Below are positions 1-9,460 of a stretch of DNA of 64,000 nt, one piece after another (positions within the stretch are counted from its first letter, which is position 1; each line of letters starts with the position of its first letter). A program made the translations under genes and the position numbers. The notes under the pieces are model-generated. The model was not told where the DNA came from. It was given only the letters and a program-made list of their open reading frames with translations, and ran no database searches. Where the stretch lies: contig JBIPSI010000002.1 in assembly GCA_044070495.1 (NCBI GenBank), positions 96,001 through 160,000 of the forward strand, read 5' to 3'. Origin of the DNA: Spirulina sp. (GTDB taxonomy: Bacteria > Cyanobacteriota > Cyanobacteriia > Phormidesmidales > Phormidesmidaceae).

Positions 1-518
1 TGATCATCGACCTGCTGTTGGATGTACTGGCCATTGATCAGGCGGTAGAGATCGAGGGTTCCGGCCTGGGGTTGAAAAATCGCGTAGAGCGGCACTTGAA
101 GAATGCGCTCATAGAAATACCATTTACCGTAGGGATAGTGGGGGTTGATGGAGTACTCGCTGCCCTCGGTCTCAGAAATAAACTCCATCACCAGGGTGGG
201 AACATCGCCCTCGGCATGGGGGGTGTAGCTGCGGCGAACGTGGCCTTCTGGCACCGGATTGACCGAGGTCACATAGACCCAGTCCGGTGCTTTCACCACG
301 GTTTTATCGCCCACGGTGGCGCAGAGACCAAAGTTCGTAGCAATCAGGGCCGATTCTAGGATCAGCCCAGCCAGTTCTAGGGCTTCACGCAGGGCAGCAG
401 CCAGCAAAGGTTGAAGGGTATTATCCACAGGATCATCAGGCAGGGGAAAATCCGCTGGCAGTTTCTCCCAGGTGATGGGCGGTAGCGGGTTGAGGGGGCG
501 ACGTTGGACAGTGGCCAT
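1..518 (-). CDS. Uma2 family (DUF820) endonuclease-like protein, 3' end runs off the window
   Basis: Not in the ORF track. Manual translation from ATG at 518 gives MATVQRRPLNPLPPITWEKLPADFPLPDDPVDNTLQPLLAAALREALELAG...VVKAPDWVYV, typical of cyanobacterial Uma2 proteins. Confidence 0.85.
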   Translation of the reverse strand, partial: MATVQRRPLNPLPPITWEKLPADFPLPDDPVDNTLQPLLAAALREALELAGLILESALIATNFGLCATVGDKTVVKAPDWVYVTSVNPVPEGHVRRSYTPHAEGDVPTLVMEFISETEGSEYSINPHYPYGKWYFYERILQVPLYAIFQPQAGTLDLYRLINGQYIQQQVDD

Positions 519-622
519 GGCAAATCCCCACGAACGGCACAGCAGTTGGCCCAAGTATGCAGGTCAATCATAGTACATTTCAACTCCAAAAATCGAGCTA
601 CACTAATGGCACCCCTCGCCTC

Positions 623-694
623 CCCCCTAACCTTCTAACCTTCTAACCTTCCAACCTCCCACCCCTCTAACCTTCCAACCTCCCACCCTTCCAC
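623..694. repeat. Degenerate 8-bp tandem repeat, about 9 units (CCTTCTAA/CCTTCCAA/CCTCCCAC)
   Basis: Directly visible 8-bp periodicity immediately upstream of the dnaG start. Confidence 0.85.
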
Positions 695-705
695 CCCCCC
701 TGCCC

Positions 706-2667
706 ATGGACACCCCTCGCCTCCACCCCGACACCATCGAAGCGGTACGGGATCGCGTCGATATTGTGGATGTGGTATCGCAGCATGTGGTGCTCAAAAA
801 ACAGGGCAAAGATTTCGTCGGCCTCTGTCCCTTCCACGAGGACAAATCCCCCAGTTTTAGCGTTAGCCCCAGCAAGCAGTTTTACTATTGCTTTTCCTGT
901 GGGGCGGGGGGCAATGCCTTTAAGTTTTTGATGGAGCTAAATAAGCGCTCCTTTGCCGATGTGGTGCTAGATTTAGCCCAGCGCTACCAGGTGCCTGTCA
1001 CCACGCTGGAACCCGCTAAACGCCAGGAACTTCAGCGTCAGCTTACCCTACGAGAACAGCTCTACGAAATTCTGGCCCTCACCTCCCGATTCTACGAACA
1101 TGCCCTACACCAAAGCGACGGGGCCGAAGCCCTCGCCTACCTGCGGGAAAAGCGCGAGTTAGAAGAAGCCACGATTCAGAAGTTTCAATTAGGCTTTGCG
1201 CCCGGAGGGTGGCAGACCCTTTACGACTATTTAATTGAGCAAAAAAACTACCCCGTAGACCTGGTAGAAAAGGCGGGCTTAATTGTGCCGCGCAAAAAGG
1301 GCGAAGGCTACTACGACCGCTTCCGGGAACGGCTGATGATCCCCATCCGCGATGCCCAGAGCCGGGTGATTGGCTTTGGCGGACGCGCCCTAGGCGACGA
1401 AAAACCCAAATACCTCAACTCGCCGGATACGGAACTGTTTGACAAGGGCAAAACCCTCTACGGCCTAGATTTAGCCCGTGCCGCCATCGCCAAACAGGAT
1501 CGCGCCATTGTGGTGGAGGGCTACTTTGACGTGATTGCCCTCCACGCCGCCGGATTTGAAAACGCTGTCGCCGCCCTCGGTACCGCCATCAACGCCGCCC
1601 AGGTGCGCCAAGTCTTGCGCTACACCGAATCTAAGCAGGTGTTGCTGAACTTTGACGCCGATGCCGCCGGGGTGAAGGCCGCCCAGCGGGCCATCGGTGA
1701 AGTGGAGGAAATGGCCTATCGTGGCGATGTGCAACTACGGGTGCTAAACATCCCCGATGGCAAAGACCCCGACGAATTTTTGCGCCACCACAGCCCCGCC
1801 GACTACCGCGATCTGGTCAACGATGCGCCCCTGTGGATCGACTGGCAAATCCACAACCTGATCCAGGGCAAAGACCTGCGCCAAGCCGACCAGTTTCAGC
1901 AAACCACCCAAGCCGTGGTGAAACTGCTGGGCGACATCGCCAACGCCGACACCCGCACCCACTACGTCCGCTACTGCGCCGAAATTTTCAGCAATGGCGA
2001 CAGCCGCCTGGTGCCCCTGCTGGCGGAAAATCTGATTACCCAAGTGCGCCGCCAACGCCGCGCCACCTCCAGCGACCCCAGCCCCAGCCGCACCCTGCCC
2101 AGCGCCACCCCCAGCGGTAGCTCCCTCGAACAGGCCGAAGCCGCTCTGTTGCGGGTGTTCCTTCACCACCCCACCAGCCGCGAGGAAATCTGTCAAGTTC
2201 TAGAAGATCGCGACCTCCAGTTCAGCTACTCCCACCATCGCGCCCTGTGGCGACAAATGCAGCACCTGCTTACCCCCAGATCCAACGCTCCAGACTCGTC
2301 CACCACTGACCTCGTTGGCCTGCTCCGTAACCAGTTTGCCGATTCGGGGGTGACCAACCCCCACCTACAAGCCTTGCTGCACCTGGGCGAAAAGACCAAA
2401 CGCGACATCATCCGCGCCCCGCTGATTATCCGCGCCGCCGCCGCCTGCATGGAAAAAAACCTCTGCGAAAAGCGCTATCGTCATTTTTTGAATCTCTGGG
2501 AAAAGACCGACTGCGCCGCCGAGTCAGAACAATTCGCCTACTACCAAAGCCAAATCTACGCCGAAAAACGCCGCATCGAAGCCCTCGACAAGGAACGCCA
2601 GGTCACCTTTGAAGACCTGGCGGCCCTGCCCTGGGTGGGAGAACAGTATGATTCGCTGGATCGGTAG
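706..2667 (+). CDS. dnaG: DNA primase
   Basis: CHC2 zinc finger (CPFH...CFSC), KYLNSP, Toprim motifs VEGYFD and FDAD, KDPDE. Confidence 0.97.
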   Translation: MDTPRLHPDTIEAVRDRVDIVDVVSQHVVLKKQGKDFVGLCPFHEDKSPSFSVSPSKQFYYCFSCGAGGNAFKFLMELNKRSFADVVLDLAQRYQVPVTTLEPAKRQELQRQLTLREQLYEILALTSRFYEHALHQSDGAEALAYLREKRELEEATIQKFQLGFAPGGWQTLYDYLIEQKNYPVDLVEKAGLIVPRKKGEGYYDRFRERLMIPIRDAQSRVIGFGGRALGDEKPKYLNSPDTELFDKGKTLYGLDLARAAIAKQDRAIVVEGYFDVIALHAAGFENAVAALGTAINAAQVRQVLRYTESKQVLLNFDADAAGVKAAQRAIGEVEEMAYRGDVQLRVLNIPDGKDPDEFLRHHSPADYRDLVNDAPLWIDWQIHNLIQGKDLRQADQFQQTTQAVVKLLGDIANADTRTHYVRYCAEIFSNGDSRLVPLLAENLITQVRRQRRATSSDPSPSRTLPSATPSGSSLEQAEAALLRVFLHHPTSREEICQVLEDRDLQFSYSHHRALWRQMQHLLTPRSNAPDSSTTDLVGLLRNQFADSGVTNPHLQALLHLGEKTKRDIIRAPLIIRAAAACMEKNLCEKRYRHFLNLWEKTDCAAESEQFAYYQSQIYAEKRRIEALDKERQVTFEDLAALPWVGEQYDSLDR

Positions 2668-2725
2668 GACGGGGGGATCGGTTCGCGTCAGCCCGCGTAG
2701 GTAGGAGGACGGTAGTGAGGGCAAT

Positions 2726-2767
2726 GTCTTAGGGGATACTTTTCTGCCTTAAGACAATCTTTACAAT
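2726..2767 (+). promoter_or_regulatory. Putative NtcA-activated promoter of the permease gene
   Basis: GTC-N8-TAC (one mismatch to GTA-N8-TAC) at 2726-2739, then 22 nt, then TACAAT -10 box at 2762-2767. Confidence 0.6.
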
Positions 2768-2796
2768 GCCGCCAAACATCTACCTTGCTTTACCCA

Positions 2797-4089
2797 ATGG
2801 CCACTACCACCGAACCCCCGGTTACTCAGCCCAAGCGGGGCAATGAAGACTATCCCCTCAGTCCCGTCCCGATCTCGGCCCGCCGTTCGTTAATCTCCCT
2901 GGCCCCTATCCTGGCCGGATTTACGCTTTACTCTGGCACCCTGTTTGCTGGGGGTCTGGTTGGCCCCTCGTTTCAGTTTTGGCCCAACTTAGTCGGCCTG
3001 ATTCTGATTGGCAACCTAATTCTGGGCCTCTACGCTGCCCTACTGGGCTACATTGCCGGAGAGACCGGACTGACCACGGTGCTGATGGCCCGCTTTAGCT
3101 TTGGCAACGTGGGATCTCGCTGGGTGGATTTTATTTTGGGCTTCACCCAAATTGGCTGGTATGCCTGGGGTTCTGCCCTGATGGCCCAATTACTGAACAG
3201 CCTAGCCGGAGTGCCCGAATCCTGGAACGGCCTGATTATTTTGTTCTTTACCTACGCCTTTTGCTCCACCGCCTACTTTGGCTACACCGCCATGGATTGG
3301 CTGAGCCGTCTAGCGGTTCCGGCCATGGTGGTGCTGATGGCCATGAGTCTCTCCGTCGCGGCGGGGGATGTGGGGGGCTTCGCCGGCCTCCAGGCCCTTG
3401 AGGTGGCCGATCCCCTGCCCCTGAGTGTGGCCATTACCATCATCGTGGGCACCTTTGTCTCCGGGGGCACCCAGGCCACCAACTGGAGCCGCTTTGCCCG
3501 CAACGGCAAGGTGGGGTTCATTGCCACGCTAATCGCCTTCTTTTTGGGCAACGGCTTTTTGATTTTCTCTGGGGCCTTCTGCGCCAAGGTCTACGGCGAA
3601 CCCGACATCGTCCAGGTGATGGCCCAGCAGGGCTTACTGGTGGGGGGGCTGATCCTATTCTTCCTGAATATGTGGACGACCCAAGACAACACCATCTACG
3701 CCTTTTCCATCGCCGGATCGAATATGTTTCGCACCAGCAAGCGCACCCTGTTTGTGCTGGGGGGAGCCACCCTGGCCCTGTTCATGGCCTGGGGCGGCAT
3801 CTACGCCATGCTGGTGAACTACCTGATTTTGCTGGGCACTTTCATCCCCCCCATCGGCGGCATCATCATGGCTGACTACTGGGTTCACCGCCAAGGGCAA
3901 TTTCCTTCCCTCGATACACCCCTGCCCGCCTTTCACTGGCCAGGGATTATTGCCTACGTCATTGCCTCGATGATTGCCTACGGTTCTAGCCAGTTTAGCT
4001 GGGGAATTGTTCCCATCAATGGGATTGTCTCCGCCGCTGCCATTTACATTGTGCTCAGTAAAGTCTGGCCCCGTTCAACTAATCCCTAA
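2797..4089 (+). CDS. codB: Cytosine permease-like NCS1 nucleobase transporter
   Basis: Polytopic membrane protein with CodB-like motifs (EDYPLSPVP, GFTQIGWYAWG, GGTQATNWSRF, NMWTTQDN). Start chosen at ATG 2797. Confidence 0.8.
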   Translation: MATTTEPPVTQPKRGNEDYPLSPVPISARRSLISLAPILAGFTLYSGTLFAGGLVGPSFQFWPNLVGLILIGNLILGLYAALLGYIAGETGLTTVLMARFSFGNVGSRWVDFILGFTQIGWYAWGSALMAQLLNSLAGVPESWNGLIILFFTYAFCSTAYFGYTAMDWLSRLAVPAMVVLMAMSLSVAAGDVGGFAGLQALEVADPLPLSVAITIIVGTFVSGGTQATNWSRFARNGKVGFIATLIAFFLGNGFLIFSGAFCAKVYGEPDIVQVMAQQGLLVGGLILFFLNMWTTQDNTIYAFSIAGSNMFRTSKRTLFVLGGATLALFMAWGGIYAMLVNYLILLGTFIPPIGGIIMADYWVHRQGQFPSLDTPLPAFHWPGIIAYVIASMIAYGSSQFSWGIVPINGIVSAAAIYIVLSKVWPRSTNP

Positions 4090-4144
4090 CTGACCAAAAC
4101 TGACCAAAAGATCAGTTCAACGTCCAGTCTGCCAATTTCTTGAT

Positions 4145-4261
4145 CTGGTTGCTTGACAAGAGACGCTGCATCAAACACGGCAAGATCATTTCTACGGTAG
4201 GGGTCAGGTCTCCTGACCCTCCAATGAATCTAAATTCTGGCAAGCTTTGTCAGTCCAACAG
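4145..4261. mobile_element. MITE-like dispersed repeat, family A, copy 1, carrying a GTAG REP-like hairpin
   Basis: Imperfect terminal inverted repeats (CTGGTTGCTTGACAA / TTGTCAGTCCAACAG). Internal GTAGGGGTCAGGTCTCCTGACCCT. Its reverse complement aligns with the 23130-23258 and 16261-16386 copies. Confidence 0.65.
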
Positions 4262-4809
4262 CTTTTTGACTGATCGTTGCTTTCAATAAGGATGAGACTA
4301 TTAGGACTTGAAACCCTCAGCCTAATAGGATTTCAGGATCCAAGGAGCTAGCTTGAATGACTATATTTTCTCTACATACAACAACACCCATTCCCTGTTT
4401 CAAGGAACTTCCTAGCCTTGTTCTAGCCTTCATGGAGGGAAACCACTCGCAGACCAAAACGATCCTTTAGCGTGTGTTTCTCAAAGCTCCCTGCTTACTA
4501 CTTTAGGAAGTATTGAATGTGGGACTGGGTGCCGTTGGTTAAGCGAGACAGATGAGACGTTAACAGCGCTTTCACTCCTTCTTGTGTGTGGACATTTGGC
4601 TGTTTAATCTGCCAGGGGAACCTTATCAGTTCCATATTCAATATATCGCAAATGTCTTGGAATCCTAGGGAATGAAAAGATAGTTAATACAGTTGTTTTT
4701 CTCAACTAAAGGAAAAATCTAGAACGGTCACCAAATCACCATGAACCGGGAGTTTGCCCTGGTTAACATTTCGTTGCCAAGCTTTCGTCGCTAACCCTTC
4801 GTTGCCCAG

Positions 4810-5691
4810 CTACGCCTTGGCGTTAACGAAAGCCTGGAGGCAATCCACCACCCGTTCAGGGCGTTCTAGGTGGGGCAGTACCCCGGCATCGGGAATTTCA
4901 TCTACGCTCTGCACCGCCTGGGGATTGAGGCTGGCTAGGCGGCGGGTAATCGCTGGCGGGGTGAACCGGGATTTTTCCCCCAGAATGATGTGGGTGGGAA
5001 CCGTAAGCTGGCCGATGTAGCGGGATAGATCGAAACTGATGGTGCCGTTGAGGGAAGCCAGGGCGGCGTATTGGGCGTTGGGCTGTTGGGTACAGGCGAG
5101 GTAAGCCTGCACCATGTCTTCGGTGATGCGGCTGGGGTTGGCGAACAGAAACGTAGACAAAAATCCCCGTACCGCTAGTTCGTTGGCGGCCCCCAGTTGG
5201 TAAAGCAGCGTATCGACCCCTGGGGTACCAGCCAGCAGGGCAGGCAAACTGGCCCGATAGTCGCGGCCAAAGTCGCCATTGCCGGAGGGGGAAACCAAAA
5301 ACAATCCCTTGAATAAATCAGGACGCTGGGTGGCCAGCCGAATCACTACCCCCGCCGTCAGGGAAGTCGCAACCACAAGGGCCGGAGGTTCCGCCAGGGA
5401 CTCTAATAGGTGAGTGATGACCTGGAAATAGTCCTCAACTTGATAATTGCGTACAGGGTGGGCCGATTGTCCCCAGCCGATCAGGTCGGGGGCGATCACC
5501 CGATGGCTGTGCCCAAAGGCTGGATAGACCTTAGACCACTCGAAGGCCGAAGACCCACCCCCTAGGCTGTGGAGAAATACCAGGGGCGGGTGTTGTGCCT
5601 CTGGTGGGTGGGGATAGGTGTAATAGGCCATGACACCGAGGGGCGTGGCCAAAACCCGCTGAACAAAGCCCGGTGGCTGGAACTGAAGCAC
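4810..5691 (-). CDS. Alpha/beta fold hydrolase
   Basis: LVFLHSLGGG, APDLIGWGQS and the C-terminal GVLPHLERP motif. Confidence 0.85.
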   Translation of the reverse strand: MLQFQPPGFVQRVLATPLGVMAYYTYPHPPEAQHPPLVFLHSLGGGSSAFEWSKVYPAFGHSHRVIAPDLIGWGQSAHPVRNYQVEDYFQVITHLLESLAEPPALVVATSLTAGVVIRLATQRPDLFKGLFLVSPSGNGDFGRDYRASLPALLAGTPGVDTLLYQLGAANELAVRGFLSTFLFANPSRITEDMVQAYLACTQQPNAQYAALASLNGTISFDLSRYIGQLTVPTHIILGEKSRFTPPAITRRLASLNPQAVQSVDEIPDAGVLPHLERPERVVDCLQAFVNAKA

Positions 5692-5769
5692 AGCGCAATA
5701 GTCCTCAGATAACGCCCCATAGTGCAGCCGTCAATTTAGACGGAAGCAAGGGGTAGATAAGTTTGGGGA

Positions 5770-5856
5770 CGGAGAGAGAGGGATTCGAACCCTCGTTAGA
5801 GTTTCCCCTAAACAGCATTTCCAGTGCTGCGCCTTCAACCGCTCGGCCATCTCTCC
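5770..5856 (-). tRNA. tRNA-Ser (GGA)
   Basis: Reverse complement GGAGAGATGGCCGAGCGG...CAGCA-CT-GGA-AA-TGCTG, long variable arm, GGTTCGAATCC T-loop. Confidence 0.96.
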
Positions 5857-5994
5857 AGGGTGTGGGGTAGCGTTTTGCCACCGAGTTGTAATGGTATCAA
5901 AAAAAAGACCCAAAACACCAGAGTTTGTTTGGGAAGGAATTTTTCGTGAGAGCATAGGGGCGTACTACCCATCATTCCGGTTCTAATCGGCGCT

Positions 5995-6363
5995 ATGGCC
6001 TCTACCCACACCGTCACCGTCCACCATCGCAGCACCAACCAGACCTACCAGTTCCAGGTGCCCGAAGATCGCTACATCCTCCACACCGCCGAAAGCCAGG
6101 GGATAGACCTACCCTTCTCCTGCCGCAACGGAGCCTGTACCACCTGTGCTGTGCGGGTGCTAGAGGGCGATCTGGAACAACCGGAGGCCATGGGGCTGTC
6201 TCCTGACCTGCGCCAACAGGGCTATGCGCTGCTGTGCGTGAGCTATGCCCGCAGCGACCTGCGCGTCGAAACCCAGGACGAAGACGAGGTCTACGAGCTT
6301 CAGTTTGGCCGCTACTTTGGCAAGGGCAAAGTTCGCTTTGGTCTGCCCTTAGAGGACGACTAG
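5995..6363 (+). CDS. fed2: 2Fe-2S ferredoxin with C-terminal extension (Fed2/FdC2 type)
   Basis: CRNGACTTC...LLC cluster motif and the QDEDEVYELQFGRYF tail characteristic of Fed2/FdC2. Confidence 0.88.
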   Translation: MASTHTVTVHHRSTNQTYQFQVPEDRYILHTAESQGIDLPFSCRNGACTTCAVRVLEGDLEQPEAMGLSPDLRQQGYALLCVSYARSDLRVETQDEDEVYELQFGRYFGKGKVRFGLPLEDD

Positions 6364-6424
6364 CGCACGACTCCGGCAAAGACGAAATCCTGACCCATTC
6401 TCCTCTGTCGATTCTGTCGATGCT

Positions 6425-7237
6425 CTAGAGGGTATCGGGATCAATGCCCAGTTCCCTTAGTTTTTGGGCCAGACGTTCGGCCCGCTGGCGTTCGGTGGAT
6501 TGGCCCTCGGCCCCGGTGGGGATGACTTGCCCGCATCGGTCGCACCATCGCAGCCACAGGCGAGGGGTTTCTTCTTCGTAGGCTCCAAACCACAGGGTTA
6601 GCCCTAGCCCAATGCCGTCTAGCCACACAGTCTGGCCCACGTCGGTGAGGCCTGAGGGAGGCGAAAATTCTACATAGCCTGTGGGGGAAATCGTCCACAC
6701 CCGCAAGAGCGCCCCGGCCATGTTGGCATCGCCCTGAATTTGCTGGAGGGGGTCAAATACCACGTAGTAGGGCACCTTCATCTGGGCATAGCGGGCCTTC
6801 TTGCTGCGAACCTTGCCTCGGCGCTGGGATTTTGAACTCAGTTCAATCTCATCGCCCTCCTGGTTGGAGACAATCTCGATGCAAACTTCAGGCACCTTGC
6901 CAAATTGCCAGACAAAGTAGGTGCGGTTGTCCCGCTGGGAAAAGTCCTCCGCCCGCTTCACCCCCAAACTGAGCAGCACACCGGGCACGATGGGGTCGCC
7001 CTTCAGCTCGTAAAACAGGCCCACATTGGCTTCGGCAAGGAAGGGGGCGGGAATGGGTTGGGTACTGTAGAGCGGGTCGATCAGGAGTCGCTGCTGTTGG
7101 GCCGACTGAAAGTTGTCCACGGGGGTATCGTCTTCGATCACAAGGTGGCGGGTGTCGATGGCGGTGACGATGCCATTCGGGTGCTCGTCGGAGACTTCCA
7201 GGGTGCAGGGTTCTGGGTTGATCAGGGGTTGAGTCAT
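6425..7237 (-). CDS. Uma2 family endonuclease-like protein
   Basis: EDDTPVDN, FGKVPEVCIEIVSN, YYVVFDP, WLRWCD and the ERQRAERLAQKLRELGIDP tail. Confidence 0.88.
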   Translation of the reverse strand: MTQPLINPEPCTLEVSDEHPNGIVTAIDTRHLVIEDDTPVDNFQSAQQQRLLIDPLYSTQPIPAPFLAEANVGLFYELKGDPIVPGVLLSLGVKRAEDFSQRDNRTYFVWQFGKVPEVCIEIVSNQEGDEIELSSKSQRRGKVRSKKARYAQMKVPYYVVFDPLQQIQGDANMAGALLRVWTISPTGYVEFSPPSGLTDVGQTVWLDGIGLGLTLWFGAYEEETPRLWLRWCDRCGQVIPTGAEGQSTERQRAERLAQKLRELGIDPDTL

Positions 7238-7445
7238 GGACGGCCCTCCGATGATTACGTCCCATTATAGGCGGCGACAGGGCGGCGGCGGGGAGGGCTG
7301 GAAGGTGGCTTGGGAGATGGCTTGGGCAGCGGGGGGATAGGCGTAATGGGAGTTGGAGAGGGTAGAGCGCGAATAGGGGGTAATCTGGTATCGTAGCGAC
7401 TCAGCACGACTCAGCTTGGTCGCCTGTTGCAACCCCTCTGCCACA

Positions 7446-8285
7446 ATGACTTTTCCCTCCGACCGTGACTTGCAAACCTGGCTGGATGTGGCCACCGAAG
7501 CAGCCCAAGCCGCTGGGGCGGTGCTTCAGCACTACTGGGGCAATCTCCAGGATGTGCGGGAAAAGGGCCGTTCTGGGGATTTGGTGACGGAGGCCGACCG
7601 GGCGGCGGAGGCGGCAGTGATGGCGGTGATGGAACGCCACCTGCCTACGGATCACGGCATTTTGGCGGAGGAATCCGGGGCATCGGGCCAGGGGGGGAGC
7701 GCCTTTCTCTGGGCCATTGACCCCCTGGATGGCACCACGAATTACACCCACCAATACCCCTTTTGCTCGGTGTCCATTGGCCTGCTGTTTGAGGGCGAAC
7801 CGATTTTAGGGGTGGTGTACAACCCCATGTTGAACGAGCTATTCCTAGGGGCAAAGGGTCTGGGAGCCACCCTCAACCGTCAGCCCATGCGGGTTTCCAC
7901 TACGGACAACTTGGCCCAAAGCCTGCTGGTCACGGGGTTTGCCTACGACCGTCGCGACACCGCCGACAATAACTATGCCGAGTTTTGTCAGTTCACCCAT
8001 CTCACCCAGGGGGTGCGGCGGGGCGGATCGGCGGCGGTGGATTTGGCCTACGTGGCCTGCGGTCGCCTGGATGGCTACTGGGAAAGGGGTCTATCGCCCT
8101 GGGACATTACCGCTGGCATCGCCCTGGTGCGGGAGGCGGGGGGCACAGTCACCGCCTACGACCAAAGCCCCCTTGTGGTGAAAAGTGGGCGACTGTTGGC
8201 TACCAATGGCCACATCCATGGAGCCATGGCCACGGTGCTCCAGCAGGTGAAGCCCCTAGATTTCGTACCCTTGGCTCAGCCCTAA
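7446..8285 (+). CDS. suhB: Inositol monophosphatase family protein
   Basis: DLVTEAD, LAEE, WAIDPLDGTTN, GSAAVDL and PWDITAG motifs. Confidence 0.9.
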   Translation: MTFPSDRDLQTWLDVATEAAQAAGAVLQHYWGNLQDVREKGRSGDLVTEADRAAEAAVMAVMERHLPTDHGILAEESGASGQGGSAFLWAIDPLDGTTNYTHQYPFCSVSIGLLFEGEPILGVVYNPMLNELFLGAKGLGATLNRQPMRVSTTDNLAQSLLVTGFAYDRRDTADNNYAEFCQFTHLTQGVRRGGSAAVDLAYVACGRLDGYWERGLSPWDITAGIALVREAGGTVTAYDQSPLVVKSGRLLATNGHIHGAMATVLQQVKPLDFVPLAQP

Positions 8286-8370
8286 CTAACATCATTGGCC
8301 CTAGTCATCTCCCCAGGGTTGCCCAGGGTTGCCTCTGGGCGGTAAGCTCAATCCACTGAGTTGGGGAGAT

Positions 8371-9222
8371 GTGGTGGGGATTTCAGAGCAAACCGTCGTT
8401 GTTAATGGGTTGACCTGGTTTTATCGGGAAACGGCCCCCGTGGGGGAGAGTCCGAAGTTGCCTGTGCTGCTGCTCCATGGGCTGGTGTCCCAGGGCTATA
8501 GCTGGCGCGGCATCATGCCCACCCTGGCGGAGCAGGGCTTTCAGACCATTGCCCCAGACTGGATCGGCCACGGTTTTTCGGAAAAGCCCGACAAGCGCGA
8601 CTTTGCCTACACCCCCGCTGCCCTGGTAGAAGCCCTTGGCCAGTTTTTAGACGCCCTGGAGATTCCCAAAGTACACCTCGTCGCCCAGGGATTTTTGGGT
8701 CATGTGGGGATTCTCTTTGCCTTGCAAAATCCTGATCGGGTAGAGCGCCTCGCCATTATCAATGCGCCCATTCGTGCCGAGGCCAAGCTGCCCTGGAAAA
8801 TGCGCCAGTTCGGCATTCCCTTGGCCGGAGATATGATTACGCAGGATCCCATCCTAGTAGACCGCACCCTAGAAGGCGGTGGCCCCTACCAAGTGGATGA
8901 CGATGATTTAGATGTCTACCGTCGCCCCTTTCTGCAAAGCTCCGACGTGGGCCGCGCCCTACTGGTAACGATACGCCGCATGGATTTACCCGCCACCGCC
9001 GCCGCCATCGAAACGGGCCTAAAAACCTGGGATCATCCCACCCTGCTGCTGTGGGGCCTCAGCGATCCTTGGCTGCCCGTTAGCTTGGCGGAAACCTGCC
9101 TGAAAGACCTCTCCAACGGCGAACTCAAAACCCTAGAAGAAGTCGGCCACTATGCCCAAGAAGACTGGGCCGAAAAAGTCGCAGATGCCCTCAGCGTCTT
9201 TTTGCGGCAGATGGCGGTTTAG
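8371..9222 (+). CDS. Alpha/beta fold hydrolase (haloalkane dehalogenase-like)
   Basis: LLHG, APDWIGHGFSEKP and GHYAQED motifs. Start codon uncertain. Confidence 0.82.
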   Translation: MVGISEQTVVVNGLTWFYRETAPVGESPKLPVLLLHGLVSQGYSWRGIMPTLAEQGFQTIAPDWIGHGFSEKPDKRDFAYTPAALVEALGQFLDALEIPKVHLVAQGFLGHVGILFALQNPDRVERLAIINAPIRAEAKLPWKMRQFGIPLAGDMITQDPILVDRTLEGGGPYQVDDDDLDVYRRPFLQSSDVGRALLVTIRRMDLPATAAAIETGLKTWDHPTLLLWGLSDPWLPVSLAETCLKDLSNGELKTLEEVGHYAQEDWAEKVADALSVFLRQMAV

Positions 9223-9460
9223 TCATTAGCGTGTGCGCTTCATAGTGCCCCTAGGATTGTGGGCGGCCCCCTGTCTTGGGTGGAACCTGTGGGTCGATGA
9301 AAACACCACTCAATAATGAACCCCTAAAGAACAGGCTCAATTCAGGGAGAATCCTAAGTTGATGTTCCTAGCTTGGGAGGGGGCTAGATCTTCTCGCCCC
9401 CAAAGTGTGGTGGGTTAGAAATCGGGGGTCTGGGATTCGGATACGGGGGCCGTCCCAGGG

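Noticed and set aside
18..359. 113-aa plus-strand ORF
   Set aside because: It is the antisense shadow of the minus-strand Uma2 gene.
5770..5856. tRNA-Ser as an island integration site (same check for tRNA-Val at 22054)
   Set aside because: No integrase and no duplicated tRNA 3' end were seen near either tRNA.
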